Shown here: in pieces, positions 25,501 to 35,980 of the stretch
Position numbering within the stretch: the stretch's first letter is position 1
How the letters are laid out: every line of letters starts with the position of its first letter
Origin: Trichodelitschia bisporula
Taxonomy: Eukaryota
Direction of reading: 5' to 3'
Length of the DNA: 64,000 nt
Assembly (NCBI GenBank): GCA_010356995.1
Contig: ML996689.1
Span: 762,691-826,690, forward strand
Notes under the pieces: model-generated
What the model was told of the DNA's origin: nothing
The model's input: the letters and a program-made list of their open reading frames with translations, nothing else
Database searches by the model: none
Program-made: the position numbers and the translations under genes

Positions 25501-28500
25501 ATGCCGTGGCTGCGCCATTTGGCCCTGCTCTTGGCTGCAGGATGCGCCTTCGGGTCGCCCACGGCGCATGCAGGCGTGCTCAGCGCGCGCGCCGACGACG
25601 TGAGTTGCCCATTCCATTACTCTATGGTTGTCGATTCTTCGTGTCGCGCCCCGAAGCGGGCTTCACCACGCTCTTTCTGCGCGGCATAGCACGCTGCGGC
25701 AGCTATGATACTCAAGTGCATCGTCGCCGTGACGTTCGCGACGCTGGTCGCGGTCTTCACGTACCTACCGCGCGGCGTGCGCGAGCCGGATCCCATTGCG
25801 AATATTGTGGCCGTGTGAGCTGTGCTGATGTTCTCGCGCGTAGACCGAGTCTAATTCCGATGCCAGCGAGCCCGTCGGGACGCACGCTACGAGTCCGCCG
25901 TTTTACCCCTCGCCATGGATGGATGGGTCCGGGGCGTGGGGCGAGGCGTATGAAAAGGCGCAGGATTTTGTGCGGCAGTTGACGTTGTTGGAGAAGGTGA
26001 ATTTGACGACGGGAGTCGGGTACGTGGTTTTGTCCCCTGTGGCTTGGGACGTTTGCTGATGTGTGTAGCTGGGAGGGTGAGGGGTGTGTCGGGAATGTGG
26101 GGACGATTCCGCGCTTGGGGTTCAAGTCGCTGTGTATGCAGGACTCGCCGCTGGGCGTGCGGCTCGGTGGGTTTTCTGACTATTCGTCATTACGCATGGC
26201 TAATGTAAGCAGCGGATTATGTTTCTGCCTTCCCTGCTGGCGGCACCGTGGCTGCGTCGTGGGATCGCGATCTCTGGTACCGGCGCGGTTTTGCCATGGG
26301 CATGGAGCACCGGCTCAAAGGTGTCGACGTTCAACTCGGTCCGGTAGTAGGGCCATTGGGTCGCGCGCCAGAGGGTGGACGCAATTGGGAGGGATTCAGT
26401 CCTGATCCGGTCCTTTCGGGCATTGCGGTTGCGGCGACGGTGAAGGGAATTCAGGATGCGGGGGTTATCGCGTGTAAGAGAAGTTTGACGCTGGATTGGT
26501 CGTGGCTAATGCGAGACAGGTACGAAGCATTACATCCTTAATGAGCAGGAACACTTCCGGCAGGCGCCTGAAGCGATCGGGTATGGGTATAATATCACGG
26601 AGAGCGTAAGTTCTAATGTGGATGATGTCACACTTCACGAGCTGTATCTCTGGTATGTATCGACCCGCCTCCATCGGATACTCTCTGACAGCGAAGGCCC
26701 TTCGCGGATGCCATCCGCGCCGGCACCGGCTCAATAATGTGCTCCTACAACCAAGTCAACAACAGCTACAGCTGCCAAAACTCGCATCTCCTCAACGGCA
26801 TTCTCAAGGGCGAACTCGGCTTCCAAGGCTTCGTCATGAGCGACTGGCAAGCCCAACACTCAGGCGTCTCCAGCGCCCTCGCCGGTCTCGACATGACCAT
26901 GCCCGGCGACACGCTCTTCCTCACCGGCCGCTCCTTCTGGGGCGCGAATCTGACGCTCGCGGTGCTCAACGGCACGGTGCCCGAATGGCGTCTAGACGAC
27001 ATGGCCACGCGCATCATGGCGGCCTACTTCTTCGTCGGTCGCGACAAAATTGATGTGCCTGTTAACTTCAACTCCTGGACCCAGGACACCTTTGGGTACG
27101 AGCATGCGGCTGCCAGCGAGGACTACACGCAGGTCAACTGGCACGTGGATGTGCGGGCGGGTCATGGCCACGCCATCCGCGAAATGGCAGCGGACTCGAT
27201 TGTCCTGCTCAAGAACTCGAACGGTGCGCTCCCGCTCACCGGCGAGGAGCAGCTCACCGCCGTCTTCGGCGCCGACGCCGATGCGAACCCCTATGGCCCG
27301 AACGGATGTCCGAACCGCGGGTGCGACAACGGCACGCTGGCTATGGGCTGGGGGTCGGGCACGGCCAATTTCCCGTACCTCGTCACGCCGCTGACGGCGA
27401 TCCAAAACGTCGTCCTGCGCAACTATGCCAGCGTCGAGTCTGTGACGGATAACTGGGCGACCTCGCAAATTGCCACGCTGGCGCGCCGCGCGTCCGTTGC
27501 ACTTGTGTTCGTTGATGCGGACTCGGGCGAGGGGTTCATCAGCATTGACGGCAACGAGGGGGATCGGAATAACCTGACGATCTGGCGGGGTGGCGAGCAG
27601 CTGGTGCAAAACGTGAGCGCGCTGTGCAATAACACCATCGTCGTGATTCACTCCGTCGGCCCCGTACTCCTATCCTCATTCTACGACTCGCCCAACGTCA
27701 CCGCTATCCTCTGGGCCGGTCTTCCGGGCGAACAATCCGGTAATTCGCTCGTCGACGTGCTCTACGGCGCCGTGAACCCAAGCGGCAAGCTCCCGTTCAC
27801 CTTCGGCATCAATCGCGAGGACTACGGCGCGGATCTGCTGTACACGCCGAATAATGGCAACGCGGCGCCGCAGCAGGATTTCACGGAGGGCACGCTGATT
27901 GATTATCGTTACTTTGAGGCGAAGAATATCACGCCTGTTTATCCCTTCGGTCACGGGCTGAGCTACACGACGTTCGAGTACAGCGATCTGGACATCACTG
28001 TCACCGGCGCCGGAGCCTATGTACCTACCTCGGGCCTGACGGCTCCGGCTCCGACCCTGGGCAACGCGAGCAACAGTTCGTTCGAGGACTATGTCTTCCC
28101 GACGGATTTCCACCAGGTCCCGCTGTACATCTACCCCTGGCTCAACGGCTCCGACGCCGCAGATGCGTCCGACGATCCTTCCTACGGCGCTGATGCAAGC
28201 ACTTACCTTCCGCCTAACGCACAAAACGGCTCGGCCCAGGCCCGCGTGCGTGGTTCTGGCGCGCCGGGCGGACATCCCGCATTGTGGGACGTGCTGGCTG
28301 AAGTCCGTTTTACGGTCACGAATACGGGCGATAGGGGCGGGGCGGAGGTGGCGCAGGTGTATCTCGCTGGTCCCTCCGGGGAAGTCAGGGTGTTGAGGGG
28401 ATTTGAGAAGGTGTCTTTGGGGCCGGGGGGGAATACGGAGGTTGTGGTTCCGTTGACGAGACGGGATTTGAGTCGGTGGGATGGTGGGGTGGGGGATTGG

Positions 28501-28593
28501 GTGCTTGTGAGCGGGAGTAGGGGGGTTTGGGTTGGGGGCGGATTGGGGGATTTGCGGCTTAGTGGGGGGGTGGATGTTGGTGGTGGTTCATAG
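25501..28593 (+). CDS. Secreted GH3 beta-glucosidase (BglA/Bgl1 type), 6 exons
   Basis: Signal peptide, [44 protein letters not shown] nucleophile motif, DSGEG acid/base, FnIII-like tail. Introns ~25600-25843, 26020-26068, 26167-26212, 26474-26519, 26653-26696. Confidence 0.96.
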
Positions 28594-29334
28594 GGTGTGG
28601 GTTTGTGGCTAATGGGGGTTTGAACTATTAATGGAGCGAATTTTTGAATTCAGGTGCTGAACTACATGCAGGCGAGAGAGATACTACGTACATCCATCCA
28701 CTTCTCCGACCGGGGTATTGCCTAGGGCAGTACCGCCACCCGGAGGATCATGGTCTAGGGCAGCGATCCGACCCGCGGCGGGAGCAGAGGGCTCGCGTGG
28801 AGACGTCTGCGGTACCGTACTCACCTTGCCCAGTGGCACACTCTCAAATGCTAATGTAAAGAACGATCACTTGAACAGTCGTAGGAGCAAAACAAAGCGG
28901 AGTTGAAAGACGGCGAACCATGAGAGGGTCGCGGGGCCGGTAGGCATAACTACGAACAGTAACCCAATACCTCCCTTCCAATGCCCCTGATGTTACTTCC
29001 CTGTGGTTGGCATAAACAAACCCGTATCACCTAGAACTACCTAAGGTGACATAGCCAATCTATATACCGAGCATTGGGATGTAGCGCTACACACAGGGTG
29101 GTAGACAACTCTCGGTCCAAGACCACTGTGCTACTGACGCAGTGCAATACCACCTCAGCGAGATGAGGGAAACAAGGAGGGACTCTTTCCAAGTAGTCAT
29201 AGTTACGTATGAGGTGAGGAAGAGTGTCAATAATCCACGGTCATACCTGAGATACCTGCCGTCTGATCTAACGCTTGCCGATTCCCTGTCTTTGGAGTGT
29301 TTTAACCGCGGACTGGGAGGGCGATGTTGCGTAT

Positions 29335-30970
29335 CTCCCAATGGCAGGAAAAGGTCTTATTTAGCGGCGTTTACCGAGTTTTCCCACTGGATGGTGTGCC
29401 CTGTGGCCGGTGCTGGCGGTGCTAACTAGTTCGAGGACCAGGCCTACGTCTGCCATGGAGTTGTAATGCCCACGATGCCCACTGCCCCTATGGCAGGAGG
29501 AGGTTCTTCGTAGAGGCAGTGCCATTTTCCCGCAGGGTGGGCCTGGGGTGATGATAGCGTCCGTAACCAAAACAACCTCTGCCATAGAGGTATAATGCCC
29601 ATATGCCCACTGCCCCTATGGCGGGAGTAAGTCGTGCTAGCGGCACTACCGTGGTTCCGCAGGGTGGGCCTGGGGTGATAGTAACGTCGCTAACAAGACC
29701 TACTTCCGCCATAGGGATAATGCCCATAGGGATATAACGCTCAAAAGCCCACATGCCCATATGCCCACATGTAGCGCTGCGAAAGCCCGGCCGACGACAT
29801 AGAAGAATAGTGAGAAGGCCGCTGCCAGCATTGCGCGCATGGTCAATGACCCCCCCAAATGGAAGTCTTAACCAGCATCTTTTGTTCTAGCGTCTAACCG
29901 ACCCGTCACGCGGTATAGGAACGACGGCGGACGGTGAAGGTTATTGCGCCTTTGCGGAGCTATGGCTGGAGGGAGGCTTGCTAGGAGCGCTGCTACCATG
30001 CTCCCTTTCGGGGCGATGGGAGAGCTGCTAGCTGGCCTTACCCTCTGCACGTAGTCTGCTGGAGATCTATAGCAGGAGGAAGGCTTGCTAGGAGCGCGGC
30101 TACCATGCTCCCTTGCCTTCCCAAAGGGTGGGCCTGGGGCGATGGTAGGGTCACCAACAGACCTTACCCTCTGCCGTAGTCTGCCATAGGGGTCTTATGC
30201 CCAAATTGCCCACTGACCCACTGCCCCTATGGCTGGAATCCTCCTCTGCCATAGGGATGATGCCCTCGTACCCACATGTAGCGCTGTGGAGCCCAGCCGA
30301 CGACATAGAAGAATAGTGAGAAGGCCGCTGCCCGCATTGCGCGATGGTCAGGGACCCCCAATGGGAAGTTTGTAACCACCACTTGTGTTCTGGCGTCTAG
30401 CCGACCTGTGCACGCGGTATGGGGATGACGGCGGACAGTGAAGGTTATTGCGCTTTGCAGAGACTGGGGCCTCTGTCGTAGGGCCATGGGGGCGCTAATG
30501 CCCACATGCCCACTACCCTATGGCGGGGGTGAGGTATGCTAGAGGAGCTACCATGTTCCCACAGGGTGTGCCTGGGGGTGGTGCAACGTCCCTAACAAAC
30601 TCCACCGCTGGGGTAAGGTATGCTAGGGGAGCTACCATGCTCCCACAGGGTGTGCCTGGGGTGACAGTAACGCCCCCTAACAGACCTTACCTCCGCCATA
30701 GTGGTTATATAATGCCCACAGTGCCCACAAGCCCACAGTGCCCACAAGCCCACAAGCCCACAAGCCCATATGCCCACATGTATGTAGCGCTGCGGAGCCC
30801 AGCCAACGACATAGAAGAATAGTGAGAGGGCCGCTGCCCGCATTGCGCGATGGTCAGGGACTCCAGATGGAAGTTTGTAACCACCACTTATGTTCTAGCG
30901 TCTGAACCGACCTGTGTTGCACGCGGTATAGGGATGACAGCGGACAGTGAAGGTTATTGCGCTTTGCAGA
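29335..30970. repeat. Composite tandem array: three ~190-bp blocks at a 506-507 bp period, interleaved with ~8 related fold-back units (CCTATGGC...GCCATAGG)
   Basis: GTAGCGCTG anchor at 29771, 30278 and 30784. Inverted-repeat units at ~29335-29460, 29487-29590, 29614-29716, 29960-30054, 30067-30190, 30225-30256, 30516-30609, 30610-30701. Confidence 0.9.
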
Positions 30971-31182
30971 GGCGGGGGCGTCTGCTGGGCTCGGACCCAT
31001 TGTTTGTTGTCGAGAGATGGGATCGGAGGTGGAGGAGGATGTTGGTAAAGAGAGACAAGAGTGTTCGGAGGATGGGGAGGTGGTGGAAAGAGAAGAGGAG
31101 TGTGAGAGTGGGTTGTAAAAGTTTCGTTGGAAGAGGAGTCCTCCACTGGTATTTATACCCCCTCAGCCTCGCCAAGCCCTCT

Positions 31183-31345
31183 TGTTGATGTGATGCGTCG
31201 AACGATGCTGGCGAGCAAATGAGGAAGGAGCAACCCAGATCATTCTCATGTTGATTTGAAGTATTAGCGTTGAACGATGCTGGCGAGCGAATGAGGAAGG
31301 AGCAGCCCGGATCATTCTGCCGGATCATTCAACCGGATCATTCAG
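31183..31345. repeat. Two ~65-70 bp direct repeats ending in four GATCATTC units
   Basis: GAACGATGCTGGCGAGC(A/G)AATGAGGAAGGAGCA twice, then CCGGATCATTC reiterated. Confidence 0.85.
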
Positions 31346-31933
31346 CAGAAGGGGGACGCCTTGCAGAAGAGGAAGGCACGACCGCCAGCGCCTGCTAACA
31401 CCGCGGAAGTTTCCCAGAGGTAAGTCCATGCCATTCTGCGGGTCTGTGCTTTGGCTGTTCCCGGGCAAACTCCGAGAAGATTGATCCGGGGACGCAATAA
31501 CATGAGTCTGGATGGTTGAGACGAGATGCAAAAGAGCTCGCCTTGGGCATCGAGCACCGAGGGGGCCTCAACCATGGGAGCACAATGAGAAGTGTGCCAT
31601 CTCAAGGCTAGGGAGATTATGGCAAGCCCACACTCTCACTGAATATCCAATACACCGGACTAGAAAGCACTTCATGGAAGGATGTTTGGCAAGGCACACG
31701 GCAAGTTGAACTAGGCCTCACAAACATTGTAACGTCAAAGCTGCATATGATGAGGCTGCTAATCCATTCAATTCATTGATCTAGAAACTCAAGTCCCTCT
31801 GGAACATTAACCGGGAGACCGTATCATTAGATGTCAAGCAAGACGCTTCATATAATGTCATTCTGAACAGTTCAGGGGTTACCCACACATCTGGAAGAAG
31901 CGCAACGGAGTGGGATTGAAGTCCCCACTTGAT

Positions 31934-32557
31934 TCAAGGTGACGGCGCAAGCTCGTCAGGCATGATACCGCGACATTCCTTGCGCTCCTTGCGCTTGTCC
32001 ATCTCATTGACGAATATGTCAACCATCAACTGAAGCCCCCATTCGGTTTCCCAGACAATTTGCTCCCAGTAAGCGGCAAATCCCTTGTAGTACAACGCCG
32101 TTGCGGCAATGAAGTCACGCACAATGCTGCGGGCGTAGTCGCAGTCGGACCGTTTGCCCCTGCGTTCAAACGTGATCCAGTCGAGGGCCCATTCCTCGTA
32201 GTTCTCGGGTTCGACCTTTCTCCGATGCGTGTAGTACTCCGCCTCCAGCCGTAACTTCCTCAGCAGAAGCTGTGGTGGTGATACCTTATGGATTGTGTTA
32301 TACGCCTTGTTAGGAGTGTCGCAATTGGCAATCAAACGTTGTAGCTGCTTGCACACTGTGCTGTTGATGACCGCGAGCACCCCGATAGCCTTAGGGTCCA
32401 TTGGATCAGTTGATGCTTTCTCATTGACGTCAGCGGCATTGAAGTCGACCGGATGTTCAACGGAGAGACTCCGGACGTATTCCACCAATTTTGCCCGCCA
32501 TGCAAGCCATTGCCTCATCTGGCAAAGCACTATCCGCCCGTCCGCAGCCATCTGCAT
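31934..32557 (-). mobile_element. Solitary Ty1/copia-type Gag (capsid)-like ORF, 207 aa, no pol or LTR seen
   Basis: The pattern QWLAW..INSTV..CDTPNKAY..LEAEY..YEEWALDW..DFIAA..FAAYW resembles fungal copia gag N-terminal regions (from memory, not searched). Uninterrupted ORF, with TATA-like TTATAAA at ~32797-32791 and a CT-rich leader. Confidence 0.6.
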
Positions 32558-32969
32558 TGGAGCTTCGAGACTTGTTGGCCTTGGCCGTGTGGTGAAGTGA
32601 GGAAGTAGCGAGTCCGGGGAGATCCGGGTGAAGAGAGGGAGGGAGGGATTTGAAGGGTTGCTGGGTAACTTGCGGTGTTGTGCAGCGATGACGCTTTTGA
32701 TCCTTCTTTGGACCCGCTCATGAGACGCAGATACTCTCGCTAGCGGAAGTGATCGAAAGAAACAACGTCAATAGTGTGTCGCAAGCGGGGTTTATAACTG
32801 TCACCAGAGATGCGCCGGCAAGTATGTCAGGAAGTTGGTCGACATGTGTTGGAGCAAACTGCAGCTATCTAATGTCTTATGCGACTAGATGCCAAGAGTT
32901 GACGTTGAGGAAAGTACTACCCACCGGCGAACCTCCTTCTAGGGTATGCGCCACACCCCTCATGAGACA

Positions 32970-33863
32970 TTGAATCTAATCCGCAAGTGGTGAAGTCGAG
33001 GTACATCGAAAGGTAGTAGAACTCTCTGTGCGGGCATAAGGATATAAATTAAATCCTTCTAAACGACTAGTTCTAAATGTCCCTTCTGCTCCTCCCTTCT
33101 CGCCGGTCGTGAGGATCGGCTACAAGGGTTATGGCGCGGAGTCAGGCGTGCTCCAGCATTTATGAGTATGATTGCCGCACGCTGAGGGAGCGGAGACCTC
33201 ATCCGGTTGAAAATAGCCCGAACTTTTCAAGGTCCCCCCTAACTTGATCTAGCCCGCAAGTGGTGAGTCGAACTACCTGGAGAGGTAGTAGACCTGCCAG
33301 TACGGGCATGGAGATATAAATCACAATCCTTCTAAACCACTTAACTGCCCCTTCTGCCCATCCCTTCTCACCGGCTGTGAGGACCGGCTACAAGAGTGCA
33401 CGTCGCAGAGTCATGCGTGTTCCGGCAATGCAATCGGCGCACTGATACATTGCCACACGCCGAGGGAGCGGAGACCTCGCCCGGGACCTTCGCCCGGAAC
33501 CTGTAAGGCCCGCTTGATTTAATCTATCCCGCGGGCAAGGGTCGGACTACATAGAGAGGTAGTTGACCTGTAAGCGCGGGCGTGGAGATATAAATTAAAA
33601 TCCTTCTGAACAACTTAACTGTCCCTTCTGCTCCTCCCTTCTCACCAATCGTGAGACCGGCTACAAGGATATGGTCGCGGAGTCATGCGTGCTCCGGCAT
33701 TTATGAGTATGATTGCCGCACGCTGAGGGAGCGGAGACCTCATTCCGTTACAATATCCAGAACTTTCAAAGTCCCCGCTTGACTTGATCTAGCCCGCGGG
33801 CAAGGGTCAGACTACATGAAAGGTAGTTGACCTGTTAGCGTGGGCGTCGAGATAGAACTTTTT
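32970..33863 (+). repeat. Tandem array of ~270-bp structured units (3 full plus 1 partial)
   Basis: GATA(T/G)A anchor at 33041, 33313, 33587 and 33851 (spacing 272, 274, 264); conserved hairpins with compensatory changes. Confidence 0.9.
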
Positions 33864-34122
33864 AACGGGAGTTGATAGTGTCTGCGGAGAGAGCGTGCGG
33901 ACAAGGCTGCCAAGCCGTCTAGCGGAGATGCGAGACTGGAGTTGAAGGGTGGAGGGTTTTACGCATCGGAACAATATATCGCCATGTCGATTGAACTATG
34001 AGTTGGATCGTGCATTTGAGGACAGATTCGGCGTTATGGAGAGTGTCCAATGACTAGCTTGGCAAACAATGAATGTTAGCTCAGTTCCGCGATGCTGATG
34101 TTCAAAGGTCGCTAATGTTGAA

Positions 34123-34203
34123 GGGTACAGAATCTCGTTTTTTCTCAAGTCGTGACACAGCTTGCAATCTCGGGTCAACCTTTCGTATAGATCATCATTG
34201 CCC
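34123..34203 (-). pseudogene. Duplicate of the intron-6 snoRNA with box D changed to CTGT (intron 7)
   Basis: Direct repeat 34072-34280 vs 34319-34530; ATGATGA intact at 34198-34192, CTGT at 34130-34127. Confidence 0.55.
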
Positions 34204-34369
34204 AACAGGTGCACTGAGAGATCTCATAAGAAACGTCCAACAGAGAACTTGGGCACAGGTGCCGTCGGTGACTTACAGAAGGGGATACTTTGGACATTCT
34301 AAACAGAGCCAAACCTGTAATGTTAGCTTAGTTTCGCAATCCTGATGTTCAAAGGTCGTTGATGTTAAA

Positions 34370-34455
34370 GGGCTCAGACTCTCGTTGTTCTCATGTCATG
34401 ACGCAGCTTGCAATCTCGGGTCAACTTCTTTCGTACTTATCGGTCATCATTACCC
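34370..34455 (-). ncRNA. Intronic box C/D snoRNA candidate (intron 6), no target assigned
   Basis: ATGATGA 34450-34444, CTGA 34377-34374, terminal stem GGGT/GCCC. Confidence 0.7.
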
Positions 34456-34625
34456 AGTTAGAGGATTGATCGATTCCATAAGAAAGGCCCAAAGAGCTTG
34501 GGCACAGGTGCCGTCCGTGACTTACAAAAGAAGACGCCGTGAACGCTCTGAACCAGATGAAATCTGCGAAACCATCAGCCTTGACCTGAGGAAGTCAAGT
34601 ATCGACCATTTGCGACCATTTCGAG

Positions 34626-34703
34626 GCGGTCAGGTCACGTAAGAATTCATCATCGAGGGGAAACCCCACGGTCGGTCTACTCTCTTGTTTTTCATCATGC
34701 CAC
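34626..34703 (-). ncRNA. Intronic box C/D snoRNA (intron 5), no target assigned
   Basis: C ATGATGA 34698-34692, D' CCGA 34675-34672, hairpin GGGG-TTT-CCCC, C' ATGATGA 34653-34647, D CTGA 34633-34630, terminal stem GTGG/CCGC. Confidence 0.82.
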
Positions 34704-34837
34704 AATGTTGAAAGATTAGCTGACAGCGACTTACAAGCAGGGATAAAGGCGACGGAGCATGAGGTGAGAACCGAGACCGGGCACAAAACTGTTAGGCCCT
34801 CTTTCCTAAAACCCAGAGTGTAGTCGAGAAGGGAAGG

Positions 34838-34925
34838 CCGTTCGGTTGAATAGGTGTTTCCATCTCAAGGGCCAGGTTCGTGTAAGATCGAAAGATTTAG
34901 CACTCAATAAGCATCATCAAAACAA
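34838..34925 (-). ncRNA. Degenerate box C/D snoRNA candidate (intron 4)
   Basis: TTGATGA 34920-34914 and D-like CCGA 34845-34842, at the same relative intron position as its neighbours. Confidence 0.4.
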
Positions 34926-35053
34926 GATGCGGAAGAGTGTGGCTGGCTCTTACAGCAGTGGGGAATGGCCTCAGCCGATTCGGGGTTTCCTAGATCGTAC
35001 GCAATGTCAGCTAGCTTCCAACCATTCCCACAGTCGTCGAGCGTTTCAAGAAG

Positions 35054-35137
35054 CGGTAGTCAGATATGTTTTTATCTCCATGTCAAGGTTTCAACCTTGG
35101 TGAGACTTCTTTCCTCTAAGTCATCATGAAAGTACCG
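35054..35137 (-). ncRNA. Intronic box C/D snoRNA candidate (intron 3), no target assigned
   Basis: ATGATGA 35127-35121, CTGA 35063-35060, terminal stem CGGTA/TACCG, internal hairpin CAAGGTT/AACCTTG. Confidence 0.7.
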
Positions 35138-35849
35138 AATATTGTATGATAGACAGATGTTTGTCACATCAGTGCGCAAAAGGGCTTACCGATTCAATAG
35201 AGATAGCATGCTACAGCAAGTCGGCGGTGACTGGACGGAAGCGGCGTTCGCAAGTTCGGAGGCGTATGGTGATTAAGAATCGTTCTGTGCACGTATGCTT
35301 AGAGCAACCAGAGTCTTCTATGCTGGAGTTAGTATCCTGCGACAATATTTGACCCTCCATGGGTATATGCAGGAAGGTGCCGTTTCATCGGATGCATGCA
35401 TCACGAGAGAGCTAGGTGGGAGTGTCGCTTAAACATTGCACACCGGTGGGCATATGTGCTTCAGAATGGATATTTGGAAGTCACTGAGTACGGAAGATGG
35501 CATGTCTTGAGCTGGCACAATAGCAGATAGGCTTAGAAGTTGACTTCATGAGTGCTCAGAGCAGCTTGTTTGCTGACAACAAAGACTACGGAATGACGCA
35601 TGACAAGACGCATACCAGATGCTGATACCAGCAGTTCGCTTCCTGAAGACCGAGCTAACAGGCTGAGGTTTTGCGCAAACCAGCATAGGCATTATGTGAT
35701 ACCAGATACATGTTATCAACCGAAGTGCAAAGGACACAAACACCCAGTGAGCCAGCACCCAGAAGCCAGTCAGAAGTGGAGTACCTGGCGTGTCGGAAAA
35801 GCGTTAGCATGTGTTGTTACTGTAAGCGGAAACAATGTAGAGAATTGCT

Positions 35850-35980
35850 GTGGTCAGAGAGAAGATTGGTTCACCAGTGGACGATGAAGCACAAAAACCA
35901 GAGCCGGAAGGACCGATCGGCTTCTGTACAGCACCGAACTTTGTAAGGCTAAGGATGATACGAATGATTCATCATAGGAG
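35850..35980 (-). ncRNA. Box C/D snoRNA, predicted U6 2'-O-methylation guide (mgU6-47/SNORD7 type)
   Basis: Box C ATGATGA 35975-35969, box D CTGA 35857-35854. The guide AATCTTCTCT next to D is complementary to U6 AGAGAAGAUU, and D+5 falls on the last A of ACAGAGA. Confidence 0.8.

Noticed and set aside
30227..31146. Repeated peptide QSAITFTVRRHP...MRAAAFSLFFYVVGW as a protein
   Set aside because: Copies differ by frameshifting indels; the ORFs are by-products of the DNA repeat.
31700..32970. LTR pair around the gag-like ORF
   Set aside because: Only a short TGACA(G)TTATA resemblance; no extended direct repeat, PBS or polypurine tract seen.
33100..33430. Twister, hammerhead, HDV, group I or tRNA identity for the 270-bp units
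   Set aside because: GGCTACAAG...GCAGAGT resembles twister but P4 and T1 pairings fail. There is no CUGANGA/GAAA core, no TTCGA T-loop and no P3 between the putative P7 and P8.
35323..35615. snoRNA in host intron 2
   Set aside because: Good splice signals and CTGA are present, but there is no convincing box C or H/ACA fold, so it was left uncalled.
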